A DNA stretch of 63,938 nt, filler included, from Octopus bimaculoides (GCF_001194135.2; 4 parts of 4 records of this genome joined end to end with filler, not necessarily neighbours in it); one strand, 5' to 3'; positions 1 to 12,200 are shown, numbered from the whole stretch's first letter. Notes: generated by a model not told the origin, from the letters alone. Made by a program: numbers and translations.

Positions 1-5
1 ATATA

Positions 6-36
<31 letters not shown>

Positions 37-453
37 GTATATGTATAAAGAATAAAATATTTTGAGTGACACAACAATGCACATATAATTCAAACAATGG
101 ACTTATAATAACTGTTGTAATTTAATCATCCATAGTCTGATATGATATTTCAGAATAAAAATTCCTTCTTCAGATACCACTAGGAATTGATGGAGTCGCT
201 GCTATAATCGGTTTTCCAACAGCTTTTCTTTTTTTTTTTTTCCGGAAGCATCTCAGCAGTGATCTCACAAAGTGCGTGAGATTGGCCATGTCTCTCTTGT
301 GTGCTGGCACATCTGTAGCGCTGCTTCTAAGTTGTGTGTTATACATGCAGCTTCCTTTTTTTCCCCTTGTCCTTTTTTTCACTTTTTTTTTTTTGTTATA
401 AACACTACATGAGCATGTTATGAAAAAATGAGCCTACACACATCCAGATGTAG

Positions 454-919
454 TTAAATAATATATTGATTACCAACCTCTAGCCTGTTGTTAATTTGCA
501 GCCCTAGTCTCAGCATGAGTATAGCTTCCTTAATTCTTAAATCACCCAAATTTCTTTCAATGTCCTCAATTGTGACTGTTATGCTTTTGTCAGTGTTCCG
601 GCATCTGTCTAGATGTTTTCTGAAGGAAGAGGCTCTCGTGTTCAGATGTTCTTTGATGAGGACGTGTAACGGTCTTGTTGTGCTACCCACATAGAACTTG
701 TATTTGTTACATTATATTCTATACACAACATTTACCCATTGGCATAAATCTGTGTCACAGATGGGACAGTTCGTTAGTGTGCATTGATTGTTGTCCTCGG
801 TTTGTTTCTTTGCGAGGTGTCTTCTCAGAGAAGGGCTGCAGTGGGCTAGTTGTATGTCTAGCCCTTCTCTTCTCATGGCTCTTCAGATGGCTGTAGTTAT
901 CCTCTCACTAAAATGGGGT
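454..919 (-). mobile_element. Penelope-like retroelement remnant: C-terminal linker, Cys motif and GIY-YIG endonuclease, with in-frame stops
   Basis: Manual minus-strand translation in one frame: PHFSERITTAI*RAMRREGLDIQLAH...CTLTNCPICDTDLCQWVNVVYRI*CNKYKFYVGSTTRPLHVLIKEH...LRIKEAILMLRLGLQINNR. The NVVY..YVGST.R.L..IKEH and LRIKEA..IN motifs are typical of PLE GIY-YIG domains. Confidence 0.85.
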
Positions 920-1179
920 GGCGGTTTTGGTGGCGGTGGTAAGGTTGTTGTTGTGGTTATGGCAGTGGTTGTTTTTGGATTGAATGAGGTTTGAAATGAT
1001 GAAAAAAGAAGCCCACATATTTTGACAGAAATATCTGACCAAATGATTAGCTTAGTTTAGCACACGAGAGAAATTGCATATGGCTGTATAGTGATATCAA
1101 TGCATAGGTTTGTTCATGTGTGTGTGTACATGTATATGCACGTGACTGTGTTGCATGTGTATATGTGTGTGTGTATGTG

Positions 1180-1227
<48 letters not shown>

Positions 1228-1585
1228 NNNNNNNNNNNNNNNNNNNNNNNNNNNNNNNNNNNNNNNNNNNNNNNNNNNNNNNNNNNNNNNNNNNNNNNNN
1301 NNNNNNNNNNNNNNNNNNNNNNNNNNNNNNNNNNNNNNNNNNNNNNNNNNNNNNNNNNNNNNNNNNNNNNNNNNNNNNNNNNNNNNNNNNNNNNNNNNNN
1401 NNNNNNNNNNNNNNNNNNNNNNNNNNNNNNNNNNNNNNNNNNNNNNNNNNNNNNNNNNNNNNNNNNNNNNNNNNNNNNNNNNNNNNNNNNNNNNNNNNNN
1501 NNNNNNNNNNNNNNNNNNNNNNNNNNNNNNNNNNNNNNNNNNNNNNNNNNNNNNNNNNNNNNNNNNNNNNNNNNNNNNNNNNNGT

Positions 1586-1710
1586 GTCTTGCAACCTTTT
1601 CAATAGTCTTGGGAGTCAAGACTATTGAAAAGGTTGTAAGACGAAACGAAAATTTTACCGGTGAGTGTGTTAAATTTTAAGGCACAATAAGAAAATGACT
1701 CTCCCCAGAC
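1586..1710 (+). mobile_element. Penelope-like terminal-repeat fragment with 26-bp hairpin
   Basis: 1586-1611 and 1617-1642 are inverted repeats (25/26 match, 5-nt loop), followed by GAAACG. The end ...CTCTCCCCAGACACAA is shared with the minus-strand fragment at 15385-15455. Confidence 0.5.
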
Positions 1711-1748
1711 ACAACATATATATATGTGTGTGTGTATATGTATGTTTG

Positions 1749-1791
<43 letters not shown>

Positions 1792-2518
1792 CAGAAGTGA
1801 CTCCAGGTCATCAGCATCACTTGGGCTTATCACAGATTTCGCATAAAACACATACCTGCCTGAAAAATTGCATGTTTTACCACTGTCTTTTTAGACCCAA
1901 ATGGCTTATTTTTTATATCTAGCACTACGTCTTTCTCCATTTCTAAGTAAAGTGTAAAAATAAAGCAGCCCTGCAAAACACAACCAACTGACCTTAACAC
2001 GCAGACACACAGAATAACAGCAAGTAAATAATAACAGCAGAGTGCACAACAAATATCAGTGATCTAACTGTCCCCTGTGCTCTTGACAAGAGATGCCTGT
2101 TAGTTTTTTACATCTACCAGGCTCGTTCGTATAACCCGAGTTACTGGGTAATTTTTCATTCCTTTAAGAATATTTTAGAACGGAAGCTTTTCATAGATTA
2201 GAATTTCAATCCTAATCTCTATAGAAATTTATTGTTTCAAGAAAACATTGAATTTGAATGACTTTTAATTTTTACGATTATAGATAGCAACTCGGGCTGT
2301 AACTCCTGAGCCCGAGTCAGACGTGTGTGAACGATGTCAAGAGAACATCTACTACAAATGATACTTTTTGACACAGGCCGCCTCTAAGACAACTGTCAGA
2401 TGCTGAACAAAAATAAATGAACTGCAACCAGGTTCAATGAAAGGAGCCCGAGTTACTGGCTGCAGTTACATACTTCAAATCAGTGTTGGCAGAAATTAAA
2501 TCAGCTTGCAAATACACA
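1792..2518 (+). mobile_element. Non-autonomous DNA transposon (MITE, hAT-like), copy 1, right end lost
   Basis: Aligns by eye along its length with 30835-31570; starts CAGAAGTGACTCCAGG; carries repeated AGCCCGAGT motifs. Confidence 0.7.
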
Positions 2519-2524
2519 CTGATA

Positions 2525-2655
2525 TATTTATATCAAATCCACTCACATGGCTTTGGTCAACCCGAGGCTATAGCAGAAGACACTTGCCCAAGGTGCCACA
2601 CCGTGGGACTGAACCGGGAACCATGTGGTTGGTAAGCAAACTACTTACCACACTG
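2525..2655 (-). mobile_element. tRNA-derived SINE family B (head GTGTGGTAAGAAGCTTGCTT), partial
   Basis: Reverse complement matches copies at 6136 and 49550 (GGTTCCGGGTTCAGTCCCAC..GGCACCTTGGGCAAGTGTCTTC). Confidence 0.75.
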
Positions 2656-2668
2656 TCACTATACATAC

Positions 2669-2700
<32 letters not shown>

Positions 2701-2919
2701 TAGGGATAAGAATCCCAAATTACAGGTAAAAACTCAATTAAAATCAATTTATTAAAAATTAAAATTAAATTAAGTTTCACAGTATTAAATATATATATAT
2801 ATATATAGTTTTATATATATAGTTTACTTATTTATTGTGGTTTTACTTATTAATTTTTCTATATGTAACAGTGGATTTTCATCGATGAGTTCATGAACCT
2901 TGGTTCTTTTCCCTAAAAC

Positions 2920-2965
<46 letters not shown>

Positions 2966-3001
2966 TTATATGTTAAGGGTTACAATATATGAAGGATTGA
3001 A

Positions 3002-3216
3002 GGCGGCGAGCTGGCAGAAACGTTAGCACACCAGTGAAATGCTTAGCAGTATTTTGTCTGTCTTTACGTTCTGAGTTCAAATTCCACCGAAGTTGACTTT
3101 GCCTTTCATCCCTTTGGGAGCCGATAAATTAAATACCAGCTGCATACTAGAGTTGATCTAATCAACTGACACCCTCTCCCAAAAATTTCGGGCCTTGTGC
3201 CTAGAGTAGAAAAGAA
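3002..3216 (+). mobile_element. tRNA-derived SINE family A (head GGCGGCGAGCTGGCAGAA)
   Basis: A-box-like head, B-box-like GAGTTCAAATTCC, body GACTTTGCCTTTCATCC; more than 15 related copies or fragments in the window. Confidence 0.85.
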
Positions 3217-3249
3217 TATATGAAAAATTGAATATAAGTATATATATAT

Positions 3250-3786
3250 ATATGGTTGTAGTGATGATGGTTGTGATGGGATGGTGGTGGTGTTGGTGCT
3301 GGTGGTGTTATATAGTAGAGAAGGAGGAGACGAGTTGTGTGTAGGTAATGTGCATCTACTGATGCAGTCAGTACATGCACATGTGACTCTGTGTGTGTGT
3401 GTGTGTGTGTGTGCATGTAAGTATATAGTACTATGTATTATAGTGCCTTACTGTATATAGTGGTATGGATCAAGTTACTCTTGTTCTGTCCACAGAGATG
3501 GTAATAAAGATACTATTGTACTTTAGGGAACTTTTCTACAAACCCCCATGGAAATGATAGCTGGTGGGGTGAGGGTCGTTGGGCAGTGAGGAAGAAGTGG
3601 CATGAGATGAAGGCATAGGGTGTGGGGATTGTGGTGGTTGTGGTGCTGGTGGTGGTAAATAGTGGTGCCAGTGATGACATTGGTACATTTTATGGCAGTG
3701 GTTCATGGTAGTGGTGGTGATGGTGGTAGAGGGATTGGTGAAGGTGGTGACGCTGAGTGTGGCAGTGGGTGGGGTAGTAGAAGTAA

Positions 3787-3823
<37 letters not shown>

Positions 3824-4660
3824 TGTTGTTGTTTGTTGTAGCAGCAGTAGTAGTGTAGATGCTGTAGTATTGGTAGTAGTAGTAGATGCAGTAGTAGTGG
3901 TAATGGTGGGGTGGTTGTGGTGGTGGTTATGGTGCTAGTATTAATAGTAGTAGTAGTAGTAGTAGTAGTAATGGTGATGGTGATGGTGGTGTGGTGGTGG
4001 TGATGGTGCTAGTAGTAATGGAGGTGGTGGTGGTGGTGGTGACAGTGGCGGTGGTGATAGTTATTGTAGTTGTATGTAGCTGAAAGGTGTGTATGTGTAG
4101 GATGTTTGGTATTTTAGGAGACAGGGTAGGAGTGGTGGTGGTGGTGCTAAGAGGTTGGGGGCTGGAAGTGCGGGCATAGAGCAAGAGGTTACTGATGGAG
4201 TTCCTAGTTGCTTGCGTTGACTTTGATGTTTAGTGATGCACTTCTTGAGAAGTTTCGCCAATACTTCTGTAAATGTAGTGGTGGCGGTGGTGATGATGGT
4301 AGTAGTAAGTGGTGGCATTAGTAGTAAGTGGTGGTGGTGGTGTTAGTAGCTGGTGATGGCATTTTAGTGGTGACACTCGTGTTAGTTGCTATGGTGGTGG
4401 TTGTGGTGGTGGTGGTGATGGTGGTAGTAGTAGTAGTAGCAGTAGTAGTGGTAGTGGTGGTAGTGGTGGCATTTTAGTACTGGCACTAATGTTAGTTATG
4501 ATGATGATGGTGTTGTTGGTTGTGGTGGAAGTAGCGTTAGTTGGTGGTGGTGGTAGTGTGACCTGCATAACAATGCTACATTGGTGAGTGCCAGTGAAAA
4601 TATTAATATGGTGATAGGTTTTGTCATTGTAATTGTCATTATTGTTGTTTGATTGTTTGT
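3250..4660. repeat. Cryptic (GGT)/(AGT)/(GAT) trinucleotide low-complexity tract
   Basis: Runs of GGT, AGT and GTT; the poly-V/poly-T ORFs here are artefacts of it. Confidence 0.85.
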
Positions 4661-4664
4661 TTGT

Positions 4665-4885
4665 TTGTGTAGCCCCAGGCAGCTCTAATAATGCAAACAA
4701 CCTATGATCAGAGTCATTCCAACTTTGACCATCCTGTCACTTTTTGTTCTTTGTCTTTTTGCTTATATGCAGGATACCCCGGACCAAATTGTCAAACATG
4801 TCCATTTTACAATAAATTGTAAATTGAGGAAGATTTGGCTGCTATTTCCTACCGCTCGAGCATCTATTAGAAACTCCCTTATTGG
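4665..4885 (+). repeat. Unclassified ~220-bp interspersed repeat (core GATTTGGCTGCTATTTCTAGCAGG)
   Basis: Related copies at ~5765-5945(-), 12555-13320(+, several), 18020-18160(+) and 21820-21960(-). Confidence 0.55.
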
Positions 4886-5239
4886 CTCACAGTGATGATT
4901 GTAACATGAGATGGAATATTATTCATGGAAGGGTGGGGGTGGTGTTAGGGGGAGCCCTAAAATTTTGTCTGGCACCCTGTGCATGCGCATGTGTATGTGT
5001 GTGCGTGTGTATGTGTGTGCGTGTGTATGTATACCGGGTGGGGATGGGGATCCCCCCCCCCACACACACACAGTCAACTCTTCACTACCCCTGCCACCCT
5101 AGTAGGCCCCCATTACATACTATGCCATTATAGTCTGGTTTGAATGGGGTTGGTTTGCGGGGATGGAATGAGGAACCAAGGGAAGCTGATAGAGGTGGCG
5201 GTGGGGTGGGGTGGGGACGAACGAAGAGGGTGTCTACAT

Positions 5240-5750
5240 AACCACAACAACATCCAATATTATAAAGCCCCTCTCTCCCAACAACACCACCACCACCATG
5301 ACACTAATTTTACAATCACCATCGCTTCCACCAACACCAATATCACTCCCATCACCATCACCACCATCACCACCATCACCATACCAATATAACCACCACC
5401 ACCATCACCACCACCACCACCACCAAACTACCACCTCCATCACCACCACCAACACCACTTTTATCACCACCTCTATCACTATAACCACCATTGTCACTAC
5501 CTTCACTTTTATCGGCTCCTTTAATATTCTTATCACCACCACCACCATCATCAACATCATTACCACAAACACTGACAACCCCCATACCACCCCCGCGACC
5601 ATCACAACACTGCTATTACTATTGTCACCACCACCATCACTAGAGTTGTCTCTATCACCATTACAGCAGTCACTACTATACACCTCCACACCAACACACA
5701 CCTCACTGTACCCCCAGCAACTATTATTGTCACCACTACCATCACTGCAA
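5240..5750. repeat. Cryptic (CCA)/(CAT)/(CTA) trinucleotide tract
   Basis: Complement of the GGT/AGT tract type. Confidence 0.85.
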
Positions 5751-6135
5751 TGATAATTTTGTGGAGTCGCTAAGTGTGTCTACCTACTAGAGATAGCAGC
5801 TAAATGTCTCTCAAATGACACACTACCTTCATTAAAGTTGAGTGCGTGTTGGAAAAAGATGCTAAGTCAAGGCTGAAGTGCTTCTGCTCCTGGTTTTGCT
5901 TGACCAGGACGGTCCTGGGGGCAAAACAACATGGACAGCAATAACATCTATTGCCAAACAAGGAATTTATTGAGGGTGTTCCAGAATTAACTATCAATTA
6001 GAATGAAATCAGGCAAATTTAAAAAAAACAAAAAAAACTGACAGAATTTTATGTTTATTACTTAATTATGATACCAGAACAAATAGATGTATAAATTTTA
6101 TAACAAAACCTTATTGAAAATTTTGAACATGGTGC

Positions 6136-6282
6136 AGGCATGGCTGTGTGGTAAGAAGTTTGCTTTCCACCACCCACATGGTTCCAGGTTCAATCTTACT
6201 GCATGTCAGATTGGGATCGATTTCTTTCACTAAAACCCTTCAAGGTGGTGCTCCAGTATGGCCGCAGTAAAAGAATAAAAGA
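6136..6282 (+). mobile_element. SINE family B, internally deleted (head joined to GGTGGTGCTCCAG tail)
   Basis: GGCTGTGTGGTAAGAAGTTTGCTT head and GGTGGTGCTCCAGTATGGCCGCAG...AAAAGAAT tail. Confidence 0.7.
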
Positions 6283-6384
6283 ATGTGCTCCATTTGTATC
6301 CCTGCAAATTTCGAATCTATCTTTATAGCATTGCGAAACATTTTGAAGCATTTCAAGAGTTATTTCCTGCACTGCTGACTGAAT

Positions 6385-6990
6385 GTGTTCCATGGTTTTT
6401 GCTACCAGTTCAAGATAAACTCTACAGGTATGGATGTGCTGTCAGACAAGCTTGTCCAAGTTGTGTTCAGAGTGACAAAAACCATCCTGCATGCACTCGT
6501 TCAGTGTCCAGGCATTGTTCACTTGTGGGGTTATGTCGAACAGCTGCTGTCACATGTGGGACAGATCTGTCTGTCAGATGAGTCTGTAGTGATGATTGCC
6601 CTGCTACCCTCCTTCAATCTGAGAGGCAAGGCATTTTCCTTTGCCCGGTGGCTGTGGCGAAAGAGGTTGTTTGGTGGACAAGGCTGAAAGGCATGAGGAC
6701 AGATACATTCCTCTTTGATAGAGCTCTCATTGACTTCTGCAAGTTTAACTTGAAAAGGAAATTGAGAGTGGAGAGGGAAGTGCTGTCCTCAAGTAAGTTT
6801 ATTGAAAGGTGAGTGAAAGTTGCAAAAATGGCAAGTGTGGATGATACCACTCTCACTGTTGACCTGTAAGTTGGAGAGAAGGAACTAGAGAGAGCATTTG
6901 TTCTTGGTATGAAGCAAATCTCGGACAGTGGGACTCCTTGATTATCCTTGGAGATCCTCCTGTATCAGGAGGACTACATCTCTATCATCC
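6385..6990 (+). mobile_element. L1/Tx1-clade LINE, 5'-truncated: ORF2 C-terminal CCHC zinc knuckle and 3' UTR, frameshifted
   Basis: Across frameshifts: LPVQDKLYRYGCAVRQACPSCVQSD/TILHALVQCPGIVHLWGYVEQLL.../VAKEVVWWTRLKGMRTDTFL...KFNLKRKLRVEREVLS...TLTVDL* (stop 6867-6869). Confidence 0.8.
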
Positions 6991-7144
6991 CCCATCATTT
7001 TTATTTTAAATTTTGTATGTTATGCATTTTGAATGTTATGCATGTGATGGTGGTGGTCGCAGTAGTGGCGGCGGTATGATGATATTAAATGAAGGCTAAG
7101 CCAGGAATTTGGAGTGAGAGAGGAGGAGGAAAAGTCAGTTATTT

Positions 7145-7310
7145 AAAATCTTTTCTATTATAGACTCAAGGTCTGAAAATGTTTGTAGAAGAGGGACCTC
7201 GTCAATTAGATTGATCCCAGTGCTCAGCTGGTACTTATTTCATCAACCCTGAATGAATGAAAGACAAAGTAAACCACACTGGAATTTTAACTCAGAATGT
7301 AGAGACAGAA
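7145..7310 (-). mobile_element. SINE family A, degraded
   Basis: Reverse-complement match to 3002-3216. Confidence 0.7.
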
Positions 7311-7946
7311 TGATTTCTTTCTTATTGCCTCAAGAGCAATGACTAGGAAGATATTACAGGATTTGTGACAAATATGTGTGGTGGTTGGAAGTCTAAAGCC
7401 AAACAAATTAAAAATATAATGATATACAATTATTTGATAGTTCTTTGAGCATGTCTGCCACCTAGTAGATCTCAAATTGGCAAGTACCAGTTCCCACCAA
7501 AAATACAATATATATATATATATTTGGTTAATAAAATCAAAATAGGATAAAAATCTTTTACAAGAATTTTATCAGGAAGCTAGTGTGTAAAAAATTCATA
7601 AGAGAAATTTCTATTCTCAAGAATATACTTATTCGTTTATATATATATAAAGGGCATTACTACAGAATAATGCCACACACCAAACTTCCCAAATAAACAC
7701 ATTTTAGTACCGAATGCGAAGAAAAGCAACCTTCGAAAGAAACCAACATTTAAAAAAAAAAAACTCAACGATGTATCGACCGATTTCACGATTACCAGAA
7801 TGAAATCTAGTTTCCGCTCATCAGCATAGTATAGTATCAATATATATAAATAAACAGAATGCTCACCTTACAAAAACGAACACCTAATGTATCCGACAAA
7901 GCAAAGGGAATGATGGTTATCTATATACATCTCTGCAAAAAAAGCG

Positions 7947-8009
<63 letters not shown>

Positions 8010-8143
8010 TTAATATATATATATCAATATACGTATGTGTGCATGTGCATGTGCCTTTGTGTGTGTGTGTGAGTAAGATTTTTCCACCCACCCCCTATTT
8101 CACTTCCTTTTATTAATGAGAAGACAAATTAAACTTTGCCTCT

Positions 8144-8318
8144 GTGCAGTTCGGTTTTCGAGTGGTTGGCGTTAGGAAGGGCATCCAGCTGTAGAAACTC
8201 TGCCAAATCAGACTGGAGCCTGGTGTTGCCATCCGGTTTCACCAGTCCTCAGTCAAATCGTCCAACCCATGCTAGCATGGAAAGCGGACGTTAAACGATG
8301 ATGATGATGATGATGATG
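8144..8318 (+). mobile_element. RTE-type LINE 3' UTR end with (GAT)n tail
   Basis: GTTGGCGTTAGGAAGGGCATCCAGCTGTAG...CCCATGCTAGCATGGAAAGCGGACGTTAAAC(GAT)n; same 3' end as the RT-bearing copy at 19025-19675. Confidence 0.75.
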
Positions 8319-8539
8319 GACAAGTTTCAATACATCAAAAACCATCTTAATTTCATTAAAAATGCTAGTTTATCTGACCCTTTTCAATCTTTATTGGCCT
8401 CTCTAGAGGTCTTACCCCCCCCCCCCTAACAAACATTGACCTAAAAGCCAATGGAAGAAGAACCTACAGATCCAAAATTACTTTGACTAGCAAACATAGG
8501 TGTCCCTTCTTAGTTGTATTCCACGGCCTTCAGACACAC

Positions 8540-8745
8540 TCCAGGCCCATTCTCTTGAGCTGTACTTCATACTCTCCCCAAACTTTCAACAGATTTACTG
8601 GTGGACAGCACCACCTCTTTCTTCACATTCACTGTGCTCTTAAAATGGGATTTGAAAAAAAAATCAATTGTGGGCTTGGCTAAAGAGGAAAGTATCTGAC
8701 CTCAGTCTCCAGTCGCCTCCACCGCAAAGCCTCTTTCATTGTAGT
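8540..8745 (-). mobile_element. Second L1/Tx1 ORF2 C-terminal fragment, degraded
   Basis: MKEALRWRRLE/LRSDTFLFSQA/FFKSHFKSTVNVKKEVVLS aligns with the C-terminus at 6650-6800. Confidence 0.6.
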
Positions 8746-8855
8746 CATCAAACAGAGGGGAAAAAAGCATTTTTCTCAAACAAAGGAAGATAGTGAGATG
8801 ATAATGCGAATGTCTATCATTGGTACAAGACAAGATAGTTGTGACAAGGGCCATA

Positions 8856-8950
8856 ATCAATTAAATTGATCCAGTACTTGATTGCTACTTATTATATGAA
8901 GCTCAGAATGATGACAGGCACAGCTGACCTTTAAGGGGTTTGTAATCAGG

Positions 8951-8981
<31 letters not shown>

Positions 8982-9263
8982 CCTTTCTACTACAGGCACA
9001 AAGCCTGAAATTTGGAGGAGAGGGCAGCCGATTGCATTGACCCCAGTACTCAACTGGTATTTATTTTATTGACCTGGAAAGGATAATAATAATAATAATA
9101 ATAATACTTTCTGCTATAGAAACAAATTCTGAAATTTTGGGAGTAAGTCAATTAATTCAACCCCAGTACTCAACTGGTACTTAATTCATTGACCCCACAA
9201 TGATGAAAGGAAAAGTTGACCTCACTGGAATTTGAACTCAGAACACAAAAACCATCATCGTCG

Positions 9264-9297
<34 letters not shown>

Positions 9298-10570
9298 TTT
9301 GCATTTGCTTCCCTTGCTGGTACAGGTTTAAAATTAATTCATATTTGGTGTCACTACTTTCCTAAGTGGCACATCTTTCTCATACATTTCAATTTTGGCA
9401 TCACTTCTGAAGGTGACTGCTCTCTACTTAATGTAAACCACTCTACAGAGTGCACTGAACACATTTCTAACATAACACCAGTACCAAGAAGTTTGTAATG
9501 TTCTCAATAAGACTAATGAGTTCTCTCTATCCTATTCTATCTCTGTTTCTTCACCTACTATTGAATATATTATAGAGCGTACTAAGTGGACTTTATCACA
9601 ACAAACGACACTAGAGAGGTGTTGTCTCTTACTGGACAAAAATGTTCTTTCTTCTTTGTACTGTCTCTTCAAGACATATATGCTCAGCTGGTACTTATTT
9701 TATTAACCTTAAACACAGAATATAGACAGACGAAAATGCTGTTAAGCATCTTGTCAAGCATGCTAATGGTTCTCTCAGTACACTGCCTTAATAATAATAC
9801 TGATACTAATAATAATAACCATCTTTTCTACTAAAGGCACAAGGCCTAGTAGGGGGAGAGGGCTAGTCGATTACAGTGATCCAAGTGTTTCATTGGTACT
9901 TAATTTGTCGACCCTGAAAGGATGAAAGGCAAAGTCAACCTCAGCAGAATTTGAACTCAGAACATAAAGACAGACAAAATACTGCTAAGCATTTCGACCA
10001 GCGTGCTAACGATTCTGCCAGCTCACCACCTTAATAATAATAACTCTTTCTACTATAGGCACAAAGCCTGAAATTTTGGCAGAGGGGACTAGTTGATTAC
10101 ATCGACCCCAGTACTCGACTGGTACTTAATTCATCGACCCCGAAAGGATGAAAAGCAAAGTCGACCTCAGCGGAATTTGAGCCCAGAATGTAGTGGCAGA
10201 CATAATACTGCTAAGCATTTCACCCAGCTCACCACCTTTCTTAAGAACAACAACAACAATAATAATAATAATAATAATAGTTTCGAATTTTGGCACAAGG
10301 CCAGCAGTTTTGGGGAAGGGGTTAAGTTGATTACATCAATCCCAGTCCTCAACTGGAATTATTTTTTTTTGCACTTGTTTCAATTATTATTTTTTTTTTT
10401 TTGTAGTTGCTGGAGGTAAAAAACTGATTAACTAATTACATCAATACCAATATGTGACTGGTATTCCTTTTTATTGACCACAACCATCAGCAGCACCACT
10501 ATCACCAGCAGCACTGCTACCACCAAAGGATAAATCTTATAGTCAACTGCAGTAAGAATTGAACTTGTAA
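8856..10570 (-). mobile_element. Cluster of about 7 SINE family A copies and fragments separated by (AAT)n tails
   Basis: Repeated CCTTTCTACTA..GGCACAAGGCCTGAAAT / CCCCAGTACTCAACTGGTACTT / GAATTTGAACTCAG blocks, all minus strand. Confidence 0.8.
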
Positions 10571-10639
10571 AAGCAATAGGTCAGAAAAGTATGTCCGGCA
10601 TTTACCAATTCTCAAAGTCTCCAAATATGCCATAGCAGT

Positions 10640-11760
10640 AGTAGTAAGTAGTAAGTAGTAGTAGTAGTAGTGTTTCTGTGTGAAGAATAATGGTATTATA
10701 GGTAGGGACAGTTATATGGGAAAGGAGCTGTTATTACTAATAGTCTTGAAATGTTGGTTTGGTAGTGGTAGTGGTAGTGTTGGTTGGTGATGGTGAGATG
10801 CTGTGTGATATTAGAATGAATACTGGTGGCAGTGGTGGTGGTGGTGGTGGTGCTGGTGATGATGATGATACTGATAATGCAGCTAGTGGAGGCAGTTGCT
10901 ATGGCGCCTGATGGTCAAATAAGAAGAAACAATAGAAGTGGTATTGGCATTAGTGGCCACTGTGAGGGTAAGGTGGGGGTGGAGCAGGGGCGGGGCAGAA
11001 CAGGGCAGAGCAGAGCAGGGCAGGGCAGGAAAAGTTGTAGTGTTAGTAGTCACTGAATTAGTGTGTGGTGATGTGGTGATGGTAGTGGTGGTGGTGGTAG
11101 GGGGGTAATTGTGGCGTTGGTGGAAGTTGCATTGGTCATTGTGTGGACATGTTTGTACAGAATGTAATAGTAGATGCAGTAGTATTGGTGTTGTTGTTCT
11201 TCTTCTTCTTCTTGATGGTGGTGGTGGTGGCTACAGTAGGAGTAACTGTGGGTATGGCTGTGGTGATTGTAGTTATGACTGTGGTCACAGAGGTGGTGAG
11301 TGATAGTAAGAGGTAGTACTTGTAAAGGTGGTGACAAAGGGTATGGCGGTGGCAGTGATGATGGTGGTGGCGGTTGTAGTAGTATGGAGGTGATGGTGGG
11401 ATGGGGTGGGGTGAAGACGGCAATAGTAGTAATACTTACTGTAAGTGTTGGAAGTTGAAGTTGTAGTGGTATGGAAGGTGATGGTGGTGGTGGTGGTGAG
11501 GATTTCTGGTGTTTGTGGTATTGGAGGCATTTATGGTGATGGTAGTGGTGGTGGTGGTGGTTGTGATGGCGGCAGTAGCAAAGGAGTTAATAGTAGCAGT
11601 ATTTGTAGTATTAGTATTAGCATTACCATAATAATAGTTGTACTGTTATGAATCTGAAATAGTAGTATTAACGGTGGTGAGAAAGAGGTAATAGTAGTAG
11701 TAGTGGTGGTGGTGGTGGTGGTGGTGGTGGTGGTGGTGGTGGTGGTGATACAAGTAGTAC
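10640..11760. repeat. GGT/AGT-rich low-complexity tract with pure (GGT)n at ~11703-11745
   Basis: Direct inspection. Confidence 0.85.
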
Positions 11761-11892
11761 TAATACAGCTGGGTTTTTTTATCTTTTATTTGTTTCAGTC
11801 ATTTGACTGTGGCCATGCTGGAGTACTACCTGAAGATTTTTTTTTTACTCACACAAATCCACCCCAGGACTTTTATTTTTTTAAGCCTAAAG

Positions 11893-12200
11893 CTTATTCT
11901 GTCAGTTTTTCCTGCTGAACTGTTAAGTTATGGGGGACGTAAACACACCAATACCGGTTATCAAGCAGTGTTGGTCGGTGTTTGTGCCTTTGTGTTTGTG
12001 GTTATCACCACCAACACTTGACAACGAGTGTTGGTGTGTTTACATCCCCTTAACTTAGCAGTTCGGCAAAAGAAACTGACAGAATAAGTACTAGGTTTAC
12101 AAAGACTAAGTCCTGTGCTCGATTTGTTTGACTAAAAACCCTTTGAGGCAGTGCTCCAGCATGGCTGCAGTCAACTGCCTGAAACAAGTAAAAGAATATA
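11893..12200 (+). mobile_element. SINE family B 3' half preceded by an inverted copy of itself
   Basis: 11893-11975 is the reverse complement of ~12010-12088; ends GCAGTGCTCCAGCATGGCTGCAGTC...AAAAGAATA. Confidence 0.75.

Noticed and set aside
10970-11030. G-run clusters here and at ~5205 and ~44500 as G-quadruplexes
   Set aside because: Part of generic G-rich low-complexity tracts; nothing distinguishes them.
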